Source: the human T2T-CHM13v2.0 reference genome, Homo sapiens
Reading direction: 5' to 3' (one strand)
Length of the DNA stretch: 64,000 nt
Assembly (NCBI RefSeq): GCF_009914755.1
Contig: NC_060938.1
A program made the position numbers and the translations under genes. Shown here one piece after another: positions 47,752-64,000 of this stretch. Every line of letters begins with the position of its first letter. Position 1 is the stretch's first letter. Below the pieces are notes generated by a model. The model was given only the letters and a program-made list of their open reading frames with translations. It did no database searches and was not told where the DNA came from.

Positions 47752-47819
47752 AATTTTTTTCACCCTCCCAATATTTTAATTCAATTTTAATATAAAATAT
47801 TGGGAGGGTGAAAAAAATT
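47752..47819. repeat. Perfect inverted repeat, 27-bp arms with a 14-nt spacer
   Basis: aatttttttcaccctcccaatatttta (47752-47778) and taaaatattgggagggtgaaaaaaatt (47793-47819). Confidence 0.95.
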
Positions 47820-48630
47820 ATGTGCTATGATAAGGTAAGGGAAATTCTCGAAGACCAAAAATGGAATAAAAGCAGGAACCCAGAAAGGAAAGCGACCCTG
47901 AAGTTGGTACCTTCTCTGAGGCATCTGTCCCTCCCTGGTGAAATTGAGCTTATATTTTGATGGCTGCATAAAATGATGGGAACAGTAGGCAATGTCTCAG
48001 CTTTGCCAAGGAGGAGATGTTGTTAGGAGAGCCATAGGACAAAAACAGGGTAAATGAAAAGAAAATATAACCTACAGATGAAGATAACAAGGAAAACCAC
48101 CTTTTACCTTTGATGGTGGGAGAAGAGGAGACAAATTGCCTGTGTTTCCCTACACGTATAAGCTAGACTTTGTGCCATTTAGGGGAATAAATTGATACCA
48201 CTTATATGGCACCAAAAACTTTGAGCAATATCTATTTTGAAGGGATATTGAGTTGTGATATTTTCAAAGCATGGACGTAAAAACATGCAAACTCTCTCTG
48301 GAAAAATACATTTTCAACTTAGGCCTCATAAAATTCCCACCTGAGTTTTTGAATATTACAAAATACAGAAGGAAACAAAGTCCCATTGATAAGTCAACAA
48401 TAAAAAAATAGCAGAATGAAACTTACAAATAATTCTGCTGCCCCTATTATCAGATAGAATATTATAAAAATATGTTTTATAATTTCAACAAGAGAGTATT
48501 GGAGGTTATTAGTAACAATAACAATGGCTAGACAGTTTTTTTGAAAATCAAATAGAACTTGAATTGTACATATATAATCAATGTGTACATTTAAATAATA
48601 TATAAATATATATACATTCAATATACATAG

Positions 48631-48997
<367 letters not shown>

Positions 48998-49568
48998 TGA
49001 CACATAGTTCTAAGGAAATTATACAGTATAGAGAAAAAGCAGGCAAAGAGATAAATAACGCAAGATAGGTGAAAAATCCCTAGACATTAGAGTAAGATCT
49101 ATCTTACATCTAATCAAAGTTTCAGCACAGAATTGACAAAGGCAATAATCCTAGATATGAAGTCTGAAAGTTTTCCAGATTGATGAGAGACAAGATCCTA
49201 CAGATTTAAGGTTTCCAAACCCCAAAATGGATAAATTAAAGATCTTCTATACCCAAACAAATTATAGTGCACTACAGAAAAGCAAAGAAAAGAGGCTCGC
49301 AGGAAAGGAAGATTAGATAAATGTTAATTTTACAGCTGAATTCTCAACAACAATGGTACTGTCAAGACAGTAAAATCATACTTTCAAAATCTGAAATGCA
49401 AGCCTAGAATTGAGTGCCTAGGAAAATAAACCCTCACTTTAAAAAAGGAAAAGGTGGTGAAATAAAACCTTTTCAGACAAACAAAAATAAACAATTTACT
49501 ACCAACAGACTATCAGTGAAAGGATTCTAAAGGGTATATTTCACACACACACAAAATTAAACCCATTA

Positions 49569-50018
<450 letters not shown>

Positions 50019-50953
50019 TTATGTAAGTTAGGATAAATCAGAATTAAAATCTTTTAATGTACTTATATTATTTTTAAAGTGGCTAAAGATATTAACGTTG
50101 TTGCAGATGTTAACGTTACCCTTCAGTATTTATGGTTCTCTTCTCCTTTGGGGCATGCAGGGTTCTGGACCTCCTTGCCTACTTGGAAGTTAGCCTTGCC
50201 TAAAAACTAGCTTTGATCTGAAAGTGTCACTTGCCAGAGAGTATTTTAAGACCTAGTTTGAGTAACCATTCTCTTTCACTGCCACATTTACCAGAGCCTG
50301 GCACTATTCCTGTTGAACCTTCATAGCCTGTAATCCGGAGTGAAATCTTGGGTGAAATCTAATTCCTTCTGAAAACTCAGAGTTATTTGTGTGACAGTAT
50401 GACTTGCCTTATCCCAACAGAAACAAGCATTGGTAAGGGAAGCAGTGAAGAAATGCATATTGAAGGTGAGAAAGATGTAATGCCAAAATAACTTGGGAGT
50501 CATACTATGTATCCAATAAAGATATATGTAGCTCTAGAGAAACAGAATGGAAAAAAAACTTTACTAGTGAGTGTTAGGAACAAAAAGAGATGTAATTGGA
50601 GTTAGAGTTCCATGTGTTCCACCTCAGAATCATGGCGGGAGGAGAAAGGCACTTCTTACATGGTGGCAGCAAGAGAAAAATGAGAAAGAAGCATTGTTGT
50701 TGGCTGCATTTGGCCATTTCCAAGTTCTGTAAGGAATTTGTTTGCAAACAGGAATAAAAGCAAATAGAATACAAACTCCATGAGCTTTCAAGAATAGAAA
50801 ACTAGTTCACCACCCCAAAAAGTAAAAGGTAAATGTAAGAAAATCTTTGAGAAGCAAAGGCCGATTACAACTCAGCCTTAAGGCAGAGGTCAAGCAGTAT
50901 AGACATTATACCCTTGTGAGAACCACCAGATGGATTAAGGAGGGATCTCAGGG

Positions 50954-53501
<2,548 letters not shown>

Positions 53502-54007
53502 CAGGGCAAAAAGCCAAAGTTGAGGGTGTGGTACCTAACAAACTGCTTCATTCAATAAAACAGCTCAGGGTAAAGAGCTCTAAAGTGTGTGTCTTTCCCG
53601 GTGACATCTAATAGCTGAGAAGGCTGCTTAGCCCACAAGTAGCTCTGTTTTCCTCTATTTCAGATGTGGCCAACAAGGATAATGAAAAAGGAATAACTTT
53701 TCAGAATGTAGAGTCAGGGCCACAGAGAATAATGGAAAAATAAGTCCCTCCACCCACTAGAGAGTAGATTTAATCAAGGAATATTCACATAAACTTCCCA
53801 TCCCTGCAAGGATAGAGGCCTTAACAATACTCACCAACTGGAATTTCAATTGTTATGGACCAGCGATTGTTATATCATGGAGTTTTTCTTTTCCAAGTGG
53901 AAGTGTTTTTCTGGTTATGTTGTACTTGTTTTGTCATTGTACATTGGGTGCTTGTAATGAATCCAATTTGTCTTTTTGGCCCAACAGGCTTATATCAAGA
54001 GTAACCA

Positions 54008-54292
54008 GGCCAAGCGAGGTGGGTCACACCTATAATCTTAACACTTTGGGAGACCAAGGTGGGAAGATTGCTTGAGCCCATGAGTTTGAGACCAGCCTGG
54101 GCAACATAGCAAGACCCCATCTCTTTAAAAAAAAAAAAAAAAAAAGTGAATTAGCCAGACATAGTGGCTCACGCATGTAGTCCCAGCTACTCAGGAGGCT
54201 GAGGTGGGAGGATCTAGGCTGCAGTGAGCCATGATCATGTCACTGCACTCCAGCCTGAGTGACAAAGTGAGACCTTGTCTCAAAAAACAAAC
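54008..54292 (+). mobile_element. AluJ SINE with a small right-arm deletion
   Basis: Two-arm Alu with long A linker. Confidence 0.88.
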
Positions 54293-55231
54293 ACACACCA
54301 TATCAAGATCTGATGTAGAGACTGTTGTGCATCCTCTATATTTCTCCAAAATACAGAGGAAACCTGACGCAAAGCTAAACTTTCTATCTAGATGGGACTT
54401 TTGGGTTGCCTTTTTCGAGGTGAGTGTTCTGCATGGGAGAAGGTGACTCAAAACTTTGGTGAGCAGAATGGCATCTTCTGTGGTAGACATTACATCTTTT
54501 CACCAATATTTCAAGTTTTCTTCCCCTTCCACTCACACAAGAAGATTGAACTTCCCTGGCTCCCATGAATTTGGGTGTGATCATGGAACTTTTGTTCAAT
54601 GAAATTTGAGCAGAAGTGACCCAAGTCTCTTCTAGGCAGACACACTTAAGTGCCACTGCAAACTCTGTTCTCTCTTTCTGCTACTACAACTGGTGATGCT
54701 CCCACATGCTGGATCCTCCATCCACCTATATATTATAGAGGAAAAATGGGAACTTTGTTGGTCTAAGCTACTGAGAATTTGAAATTGTGTATTCCCAGTG
54801 AATAATATAGCTTATCCTAATAAATACTGGTATACAAGTTAAAATACATAGGGAAGTAACTTAAAAGGATATAGAACATAATTCCAAATGCTTAGAGAAG
54901 AAAAGGAATTTAAAAATTTAAAGAGCAATCAAGAAGGCACAATAGAAGAAAATGAATGCAGGAAGCAATATACAAAGAACAGCAAATAATATGGTAGAAA
55001 TACATTTAAATATATTATCCTGACTTTATAAGGTCAGAATCATAAGTCATCTGCAAATATCAGTGACTTATGGAATCCAGGGTTTATTTCTCACATCACA
55101 CGGTAGTCTTCAGTTAGCTTTAGCTATTCAATCTGGGACACAACGAAAGAGCAGCCTCAGTGTGGAATACTGCAGGTATTGTGGCAGAGAACAACTCAGC
55201 TTTTGAATGTTGATTCAAAAGCCTCTAGTCA

Positions 55232-55519
55232 GGCCAGGCATGGTGGCTCACGCCTGTAATCTCAGCACTTTGGGAGGCTGGGGCGTGCAGATCACCTGAG
55301 GTCAGGAGTTCGAGACCAGCCTGGCCAACAGGGTGAAACCTCATCTTTACTAAAACTACAAAAATTAGCCGGGTGTGGTGGTAGGCACCTGTAATCCCAG
55401 CTACTCGGGAGGCTGAGGCAGAAGAATCCCTTCTTCTGCAGTGCAGTGAGCCAAGATCACACCACTGCACTCCAGCCTGCAGAACAGAGTGAGACTCCAT
55501 CTCAAAACAAAACAAAAAA
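55232..55519 (+). mobile_element. AluS SINE with an internal fold-back replacement
   Basis: Full Alu; right arm contains gcagaagaa-tccc-ttcttctgc. Confidence 0.9.
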
Positions 55520-57389
55520 GCCCTACTCAGAAGTGGCACATTTACTTCTACTCAGTTTTAATTGGTTAAAAAAAATCACATGGTCAAGCCTATTAATGGG
55601 TTTACATGTTAATGGAGCTGGAAATTTATACTTTAGCAGGGATATAGCAGAGAATATACTTTTCAGCATGGAAGAGGCAGTCCTTGCTAGGAAGGGTCAG
55701 TGAATATTTTGATAATAAAAATTTCTACCATACCAAATATAAAACGTATCTTAATAGAAATTGTCTAAACTATCCAATTAGAAGTCAAAGATGTCAGACT
55801 GGATTAAAAATAATACAACTCTATGCTCTTTGTAAGTGCCTCACCTATAAAACTATAACATAGGGACATGGGAAGCATGAAAGTCAAAGCATGGGAAAAA
55901 TAGATTAGGAAAATACTAAACAAAGAAATATGGTGTAGCTATGCTAATATCAGACAAAAAAATAAACTTTAAAGCAAAAAGCACTTCTAGAAATATAGAT
56001 GGTCACTGTATAATGATAACAGCTTTAATCCATTAGGAAAATATAACAATTCTAAATGTCTATACATTTAATAACAGTTCAAAATATAGAGACAAATTTA
56101 CCATCACAGAGGAAGATTTTAACTAATTCCACATAAGAAATCAAAGAGACAAAAAAAAAACACAAGAATGTAGAGAATCTGAGCAACACAATTAACAAGT
56201 TTAATGAAAACCGTATTCAACAGCTGCAGAATATACATTCTTTTCCAAAACAAAATATTTGTGGCAATGCATACAACTTAATAAATGTTTTTAATTAGTA
56301 TCATACAAAATACTTATCTGACAGCCATAAAAGTAAGTTTAAAAATCAGTAACAAAACGACAAATAGAAATCCCCCCATGGGTGTTTAGAAATTTTTAAG
56401 TGTATTTGTGGGCCAAAAAATTCATAATGGAAATTAATTCTTAGAACTGAATGATGAAGAATGTTGCTAAAGTCTCCCTTTGAGCAAAATGGATCATTAC
56501 ATATTCTCAAATAAGCAAAAAGGCTCAGAATTATGAACTAAGAATTCCAATTTTAGATATTAGGGAGAAATTACTGAATGAACTTTACAAAAGCAGGACA
56601 GAGATAATCAAGCATTTTATTAAGAGAGAAATTGCATGATTACCTGAGAAATCTGTGGGGGAATGAGGAAAACAGAAGAGGTCAAGGGAAGCAAGTCTAT
56701 AGTTTCAGCTATAGCATTAGCCTGAAATGTCTAGGAGCTCCGAAATACTGAGGGATCATTCCTACCTGGTGGCAAGGGAGTGAGGCTTTTTTTGTACCTC
56801 CATATCAAGCATCAGTCAGTCATTGTTTACAGGCTGTTACAGAGATGAGTGCATAACTTCCAGACACCTCCTGGTGGTGTTGCTTCAATCTGCCAAGGGC
56901 AATCCTCCTGAGACTATTGCAGGTGTGAGCTGTTAGCAACAGAACCTGCAGCAGCTGGAGAATGGCCATGCTGAACCAATGGAAGGAAACCCAGGAGATC
57001 TGGACAGAACACCAGCGTTGTCTGCTATGCTTCATTCCTTGTATCACTCAGGTCCACTTCCCTCACACATTAGGTTCCTTTCATGCTTTTACTTCTCCAG
57101 GATTCTGGTTGATTACACTTTCTAGGATATCTTAAAATAGAAAGTTAGTAGGGGGTTGGAATATGATCCCAGAAGATACAATCCTGAATGCCATAATCCT
57201 GAATATTGAAATCCTGAAAGATCAAAATCCCTAAAGTCTAAATCCCTAATGTCTAAAATCCTGAAAATCACAAACACAGGACAGTTGCATACATGTTAAA
57301 ACCAAATAAAGACATGCTATTGTCTTTATTTGGAAATTAAGTCTTGTTTAAAGATATGTCTATGGGTGCCAAATTGACAAGGATTGGAC

Positions 57390-57930
57390 TGGTGGACTTA
57401 ATTTTAGGTGTCAGTTTGACTGGATTAAGGAATACCTAGAAACCTGGTAAAGCATTATTTTGGGTGTATCTGTGAGGGTGTTTCCAAAGGAGATAGAGTG
57501 TGAGCCTGAATGGATTAGGTGGGGAAGTGTTGGTGGACATCATCCAATAGGTGAGGGGACCAAAGAAAACAAATACTGAAGGCAAATTGGACTCTCTCTG
57601 AGACCTGGGACAGATTTTTCATCTGCTGCCTTGGACATCAGAACTCCAGGCTTGCCAGCCTTTGAGCTCCAGGACTTATACCAGCAGCCCCCTGGGCCCT
57701 GAGGTCTTCAGCCTCTGATGGAGAGTTACACCATCGGCTTGTCTGGTTCTGTGGCCTTTGGACTTGGTCTTAGCCCCACCATCAGGATCCCAAGGTCTCC
57801 AGCTTGCAGATGGCCTGTTGTGGGATTCCTCAGTCACCATAATTGCATGAGCCAATTCCTCTAATAAATCACCTTTCATATATCTACATCCAGATCCTAT
57901 TGGTTCTGTCTAGAGAACCCTGACTAATGT
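57390..57930 (+). mobile_element. MLT2B (ERVL) LTR embedded in Ricksha
   Basis: ttaattttaggtgtcagtttgactggattaagg...cctattggttctgtctagagaaccctgactaat. Confidence 0.8.
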
Positions 57931-58726
57931 AGATTTGGTAATGGGGAAGCTGAGTATCATTCCTTCTTACTATATTCCTTACAACACAATGGAAGAGATC
58001 TGTGAAACTGTTCCCTTGAAATAAGGCTGTGATAAGTTAAGTGTATGAGGCTACTTAATGTTGAAAGATAAAAATTTAAAAGCTAATTCTAATTGGTGCT
58101 TTGAAAGCAGAAAATCACTTAATTGCAACAACTGAGCAATAACCAGACTTTCAAATGGACAGCATATAGTTAGGAAATGTGTAGACCACAACCTCTCTCA
58201 AAATACAAGTGCAGCAAGTATTTCAACGATCATAGAAGTAGTGAAACTCTAAGTGGAACATAGAAGAAATCTTCCTTGTCAAATGATTCAATCGTGTATG
58301 ACTTCTGCCCCTTCACACATAGTGCCATGCTTCCCTTCAAAAAATATCCTTTGTCAGAGAATTAAAAGAATTTAACAACCTTAATAACCTTCTAAACCAA
58401 AGACACTAACTGATACTGAGGTTCCTCCGCATCTTACAAAATGCATGAAATGGTGAACTATTCTTGATTAGGGATTTGACTGTCAAAGAAGATAGACTTT
58501 TTATATTTATCACTGAATCTAACAGAAAGACTAACACGTTTTACTTTGGCTAATAGATGGTACTTCAAAACTGTCACCATTGTTTTTTATCAACTAGATA
58601 CAATTCATGACCCTGTTGGATCAGAAAATACTAAAACTTATCCACCTACTTACGTATTAATGACTGGAAAAGTGAAGTAAACACTTATTTAAAGATTTGG
58701 TGGACTTCACAGAAGAAAATGGATTT

Positions 58727-59090
<364 letters not shown>

Positions 59091-59298
59091 AGCAGAAAAT
59101 GAATTTCAATTTAATCTCCAAACTATAATGGCAGATTTGGAATTAAGTGCAATCAAATCTTCTAAAAGTGAATTTCAAGGTGTTACCAATAAAGTTTGTT
59201 TTTTTCATTCAGCCCAAAGCATTTGGCAGAAAATTCAGGTGAGTGGATTGGCCATGTGATACTGCAAGATGAAAACTTCAGTTAAAAATGTGTCATTT

Positions 59299-59594
59299 GG
59301 GCCAGGTGCAGTGACTCAAGTCTGTAATCCCAACAATTTGAGAGGTCAAGGCGGAAGGAATGCTTGAGCCCAGGAGTTTGAGATCAGCCTGGGCAACATG
59401 GCTAGAACCCCATCTCTACAAAAATATACAAGTTAGCCAGGCATGGTGATGTGTGCCTGTAATCCCAGCTACTCGAGGCTGAGGTAGGAGGATCAATGGA
59501 GCCCAGGAGGTCAAGGCTTCAGTGGGCCGTGATGGAGCCACAGCACTTCAGCCTGGGTGACAGAGCAAGAACCTGTCTCAAAAGAAAAAAAAAA
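59299..59594 (+). mobile_element. AluJ SINE
   Basis: Full Alu; aaaat(g/a)tgtcatttg on both flanks. Confidence 0.9.
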
Positions 59595-60191
59595 TATGTC
59601 ATTTGCCTGCATTGGCCTTCCTTCCAGCCAATGACATACCAGAAGCTTTAATAAGTTAAATTGGAATTGACCTGAAGAATATAGTGAAGTTATTGACTGG
59701 TTCAAAAATAATTATTATGAGCGTGGTAGGATAAGAAGACACTTTATGCAAGGGTGTTGCTATCCGATCACAAATGTTGTTTCTGCCAGATTTGTAGTCT
59801 GTATACAAGTGCATGGGAAATGGATTTCTGAGTGCCCAAAACAACATGGAAGCATGACATGGAAGATGGGAAGTTTCAAAGGGAATGCTTATGTTCATGT
59901 ATATTGAAACACAAAGAGAATTTCAAAAAGAGCAGCACCACATAGAAAATGTGAGTGTATTTTCTGAGGAGAGTCATGCCCTAAGAGAAAAAAAACAGCT
60001 ATTTATTGTGATGCAAGACTTCAAAACATAATGATCATGGAAGTTGGCCAGCTCTTATGAACTACCTCTGTGCAATTACCCATAATCTATTCCTGTAATA
60101 CACTGTTTCATTTGTCTAATTTTCCTTTTTTTTTTTTTTAGTTTTTTCCCTGCTATTTTAAATTGTCATCATTATTTTAAAAAATTTACTA

Positions 60192-60750
<559 letters not shown>

Positions 60751-61801
60751 TCATCAAAAGACTTAGGTTGTCCATCACGATATTTCATATTACTGCAGTT
60801 ATAAAAGCTATTTCTTTACCTAGGTTATATGTTGTGACTGTCATTAGTGTACCCATCATTAGGTAACCTGAGTGTTTTTACTTGCAAAAATGTTATTTAT
60901 GGCTTATTTTATTGTATAAAGTGGCTAATGAAGTATTCTCTCATGTTTTCATGTTTCATGTTTCTCAAATCCTTTTTTAAAAATGTAAATAAATATACTT
61001 TAAGGAATTTTTTATTATTTTTTCCAGAATTGTATTTTTAGGATTTTGATCTTTCAAGGTTGTGACTTTGGGGATTTGGGACTTATAGGAGTTTTTCTTT
61101 TTGGGATTTCAATATTCAGGATTGTATCTTTTAGGACTATGATGGGTTCCTAGTTAGTGTGATGAAGCTTATAGCTTCCACTGCTGCAGTTGGTCCTGAG
61201 ATCAGAACTGATACTGTTTCCTTTCTTTACTGCCCATTCTCTTTCTCTCTCACCCTTAGCTGGCACTTCTGCTGGTCTAGGTGGCTTGCCTGGTGGTGTC
61301 TCTTGAGGGGGATGAGATTTTGGTTACCATGAACTTATCTGACCATAGTTTGCTCTACTTGCCAATTTACAGTTAAAATAGGGGTTGGCATTACCAAGAG
61401 ATACCCCAAGTGGCTCATGTGAGTGCTTAATATACTCTTCCCTGCCACCATTATGTAGCATAATAATTATCATGAATCCTCATGGTTATCGAAGACAACT
61501 ACCCCTTCAAGTACGGTAACTCGTGTCTTGCTGGTGTGCTGGCACAGTGGACCTAAAATGGTTAGTGGCAGCCATGGCTTTAAGATTAGTGGAACCATTA
61601 ATATGTCCTCTAGTAGAAACAGTCCCCCTTCTACAAACCAGCACTTCTAGTTCTTAAACTAAAGAGCTAGAGTTTCAAAATTGAAAGCAAAACTTTCCCA
61701 AGTGGGTTGCTGGCACAGGGCCATCCTACCTCCCAACCCTTGGCTCTGAGACTCCATATTTTATTGAGAAAAAGAATTACATAAGGACCACTGGTTTAAT
61801 G

Positions 61802-62022
61802 GAAGAATGGCAAACTTTTTCTGCAAAGGGTGAGACAGTAAATATTTTAATCTTTGTACAGCATATGGTCTGTGTCACAGCTACTCACCTATGCTGATGT
61901 AGCATAAAAGGAACCATAGATAATATATAAATGATGATTGGTAACTGTGTTCAATAAAACTCTGTTGATAAAAACTGCATCAAGCCATATTTGGCCTAAG
62001 AACCATTATTTGCAAACCTCTG
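61802..62022 (+). mobile_element. MER58A (hAT-Charlie MITE)
   Basis: tggcaaactttttctgcaaaggg...gtaaatattttaa...tttgcaaacctctg. Confidence 0.7.
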
Positions 62023-63639
62023 ATTTAATTTGTATACTGCATCCTGAAGGATGGTGCTTCATCTTTGTAGGACAACATCCCCAAGCTGTGGCCACAACTG
62101 CATTTTTTAGACGCCATTCCATTACTCTATTAGGCTAGTGTCCTGAGAGGTGAAGCAAGATAGTGGACTCCACTACTCTATTAGGTAGACTCTTACTGTC
62201 TGTGTTACAGACAATGTGGATGCAGTAAGATCAGCAAATTACACAGCTATTTGCCCACTGCGGAACCTCTTTTGTCATAACTTTTGTTCCTTGAATCTGA
62301 AGTAATAGTATATGAGAGATCCTATGTTAGTTAATCAGATACTCTATGAGCCCATGAACAGAGGTGCTAGCCAAGTCAGTACAGGCAGGAAAAGGTAAAC
62401 TCATACATAGAAAACATGTCAATTTTAGTCAAAATGAATTGCTGCACTTTCTAGGGTGCAAGGGGTCTTAAGTAATCAAGTGTCACTAATAGCTGGTTGG
62501 TCTCCTCAAAGATTCATGCACTAGTAAGGGCTCAGCATTAGTCTCCGTCATTGACATGTAGGGTGGCAGCAGTAGCTAGGTCAGCTATGGTGAGAGGGAT
62601 GGCCTGCTTTTGTGCCCATGCATAGCCTTCATCTCTACCATTATGCCTACTCCATTCATGAGCCCATTACGTCAGCACTGTAGTAGCCAAAGACTGTGGC
62701 TGGTTGATGCCTGCACTATAATCTTCTTACTGGTATTTGCCAGAGACCCCCCACATGGTCTCTCTACTAGAGATACCTCCCAGGATCACTGCAGGGTATA
62801 ACTTGTAAGCACCTTCTGGTGAGGCAATTCCAATCAAACAGGGGTGTGTCTCCTGAGAATGAGGCAGGTGTGAGCTATTAGCAGCATCACTGTAGCATTT
62901 AGGGAATGGGCACAAGCCGGTAAAAAGGATCCCAGGGGATCTAGGCAGGGCACCAACAGTATCTGTTACATTGACCAAGCTGGGCTTGTCTCAGGAATGG
63001 AAGGTTGGATTAACATTAGAAAATTAATTTATGTAATTCACCACATTAGCATTTTTAAAGGAGAAATATAGGATATGCACCTCCATATATGGGGAAAGAA
63101 ACATTCAGTTATTCAACACCCATCTAGTAGAAACTGTGGGCAGACCAGGATTAGAAGAAGTAGGTGACGATAAACACCATGATGGCATCTGATATGTGTA
63201 TATAAAACAGATTCTATTTTATTTTTTGTGCAGGGGGGAATCTGGAATATTTCAAGATAAGGTCCAATTCTTCCATTGTCTCGTAATCCAATGCAGAGGT
63301 AAGTAGGGGCCAGAGCATTCTTGGATAGAGTTGTGGCTCTGCTCTGAGTGTAAGGGAGATGGGTATTCTGTAGCCTTGCTACAGGCTTATTGTGTAAGAG
63401 AGAGAGTGGCTTTTAGTGCAGGAAATACAATTAGGACTTATGTAGCAAGCAATGGGTAGATACTAGCTGTTCAGTGATTTGTGATAATGCCCAGCCCCAT
63501 TGCTATTCTACTCTCTATGCAAGCATCAGAGCAGCCATGTATGCAGCAAATAAGCAGTCAGGACCTAGACACCAAGAGGTCTAGGGTTAGATGCCAGCCA
63601 ATCAGTTGTCATGGAACATCGGCTGCTTTTATTGATCCG

Positions 63640-64000
63640 TCTTTAAGACAGCCTCACTGAGATATAATCTACATTCCATAAATTTTCGTGTTTAAGTGTA
63701 TAATTCAGTGAATTTTAGTATATTATCAGTGTTGCACAATAACCTAATTTTACCTTTATCACACCTGAACTTTAGAACATTTCCGTCCCCCTAAAAAGAG
63801 ACCTTATGTCCCTTTACAGTCACTCTCTATTTCCACTCCTAATCTACTATATCTATAAATCCATTTTTTCACATTGAATGTAATTGGAATCATCCAATAT
63901 GTGTTTTGTGACTGGCTTTTTTCACTAAGCATAATGGTTTTGCAGTTCATCCATGTTGTAGCATGTGTCATCAGTATTTCATTACTTTTTATCAACAATA
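63640..64000 (-). mobile_element. L1M 3' end, runs off the window
   Basis: ORF 63804..63998 (NEILMTHATTWMNCKTIMLSEKSQSQ) resembles the old L1 ORF2 C-terminus. Confidence 0.75.

Overview
Repeat-dense great-ape (human-like) genomic DNA, most likely the testis ADAM cluster orthologous to human 14q24.2 (placement is from memory, not verified). It holds no intact full-length gene. There are three gene-derived loci. (1) A + strand, single-exon ADAM4/ADAM6-type pseudogene (18141-20368) with four TGA stops and one frameshift. (2) A convergent - strand ADAM21 paralog (33405-35570, ADAM21P1-like) that is still open for 634 codons with an intact HELGHTLGMQHD zinc motif; all its disabling lesions lie in the last ~300 bp. 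(3) A CpG-rich processed pseudogene of SAP25 with an 18-bp TSD (22002-23079). The rest is Alu, L1, L2, MIR, MaLR/THE1A, ERV LTRs, an env remnant, Tigger1 and a near-complete Mutator-like Ricksha element with a readable transposase fossil. The most unusual observations are a perfect (CCGCCCG)13 GC-box array inside a solo LTR12 upstream of the ADAM21 copy, five independent fold-back/inverted templated duplications, and a very young 5'-truncated AluYc1-like insertion. I do not see convincing evidence of a wholly new biological system; the leads below are hypotheses. Repeat subfamily names come from recalled consensus sequences and need RepeatMasker/Dfam confirmation.
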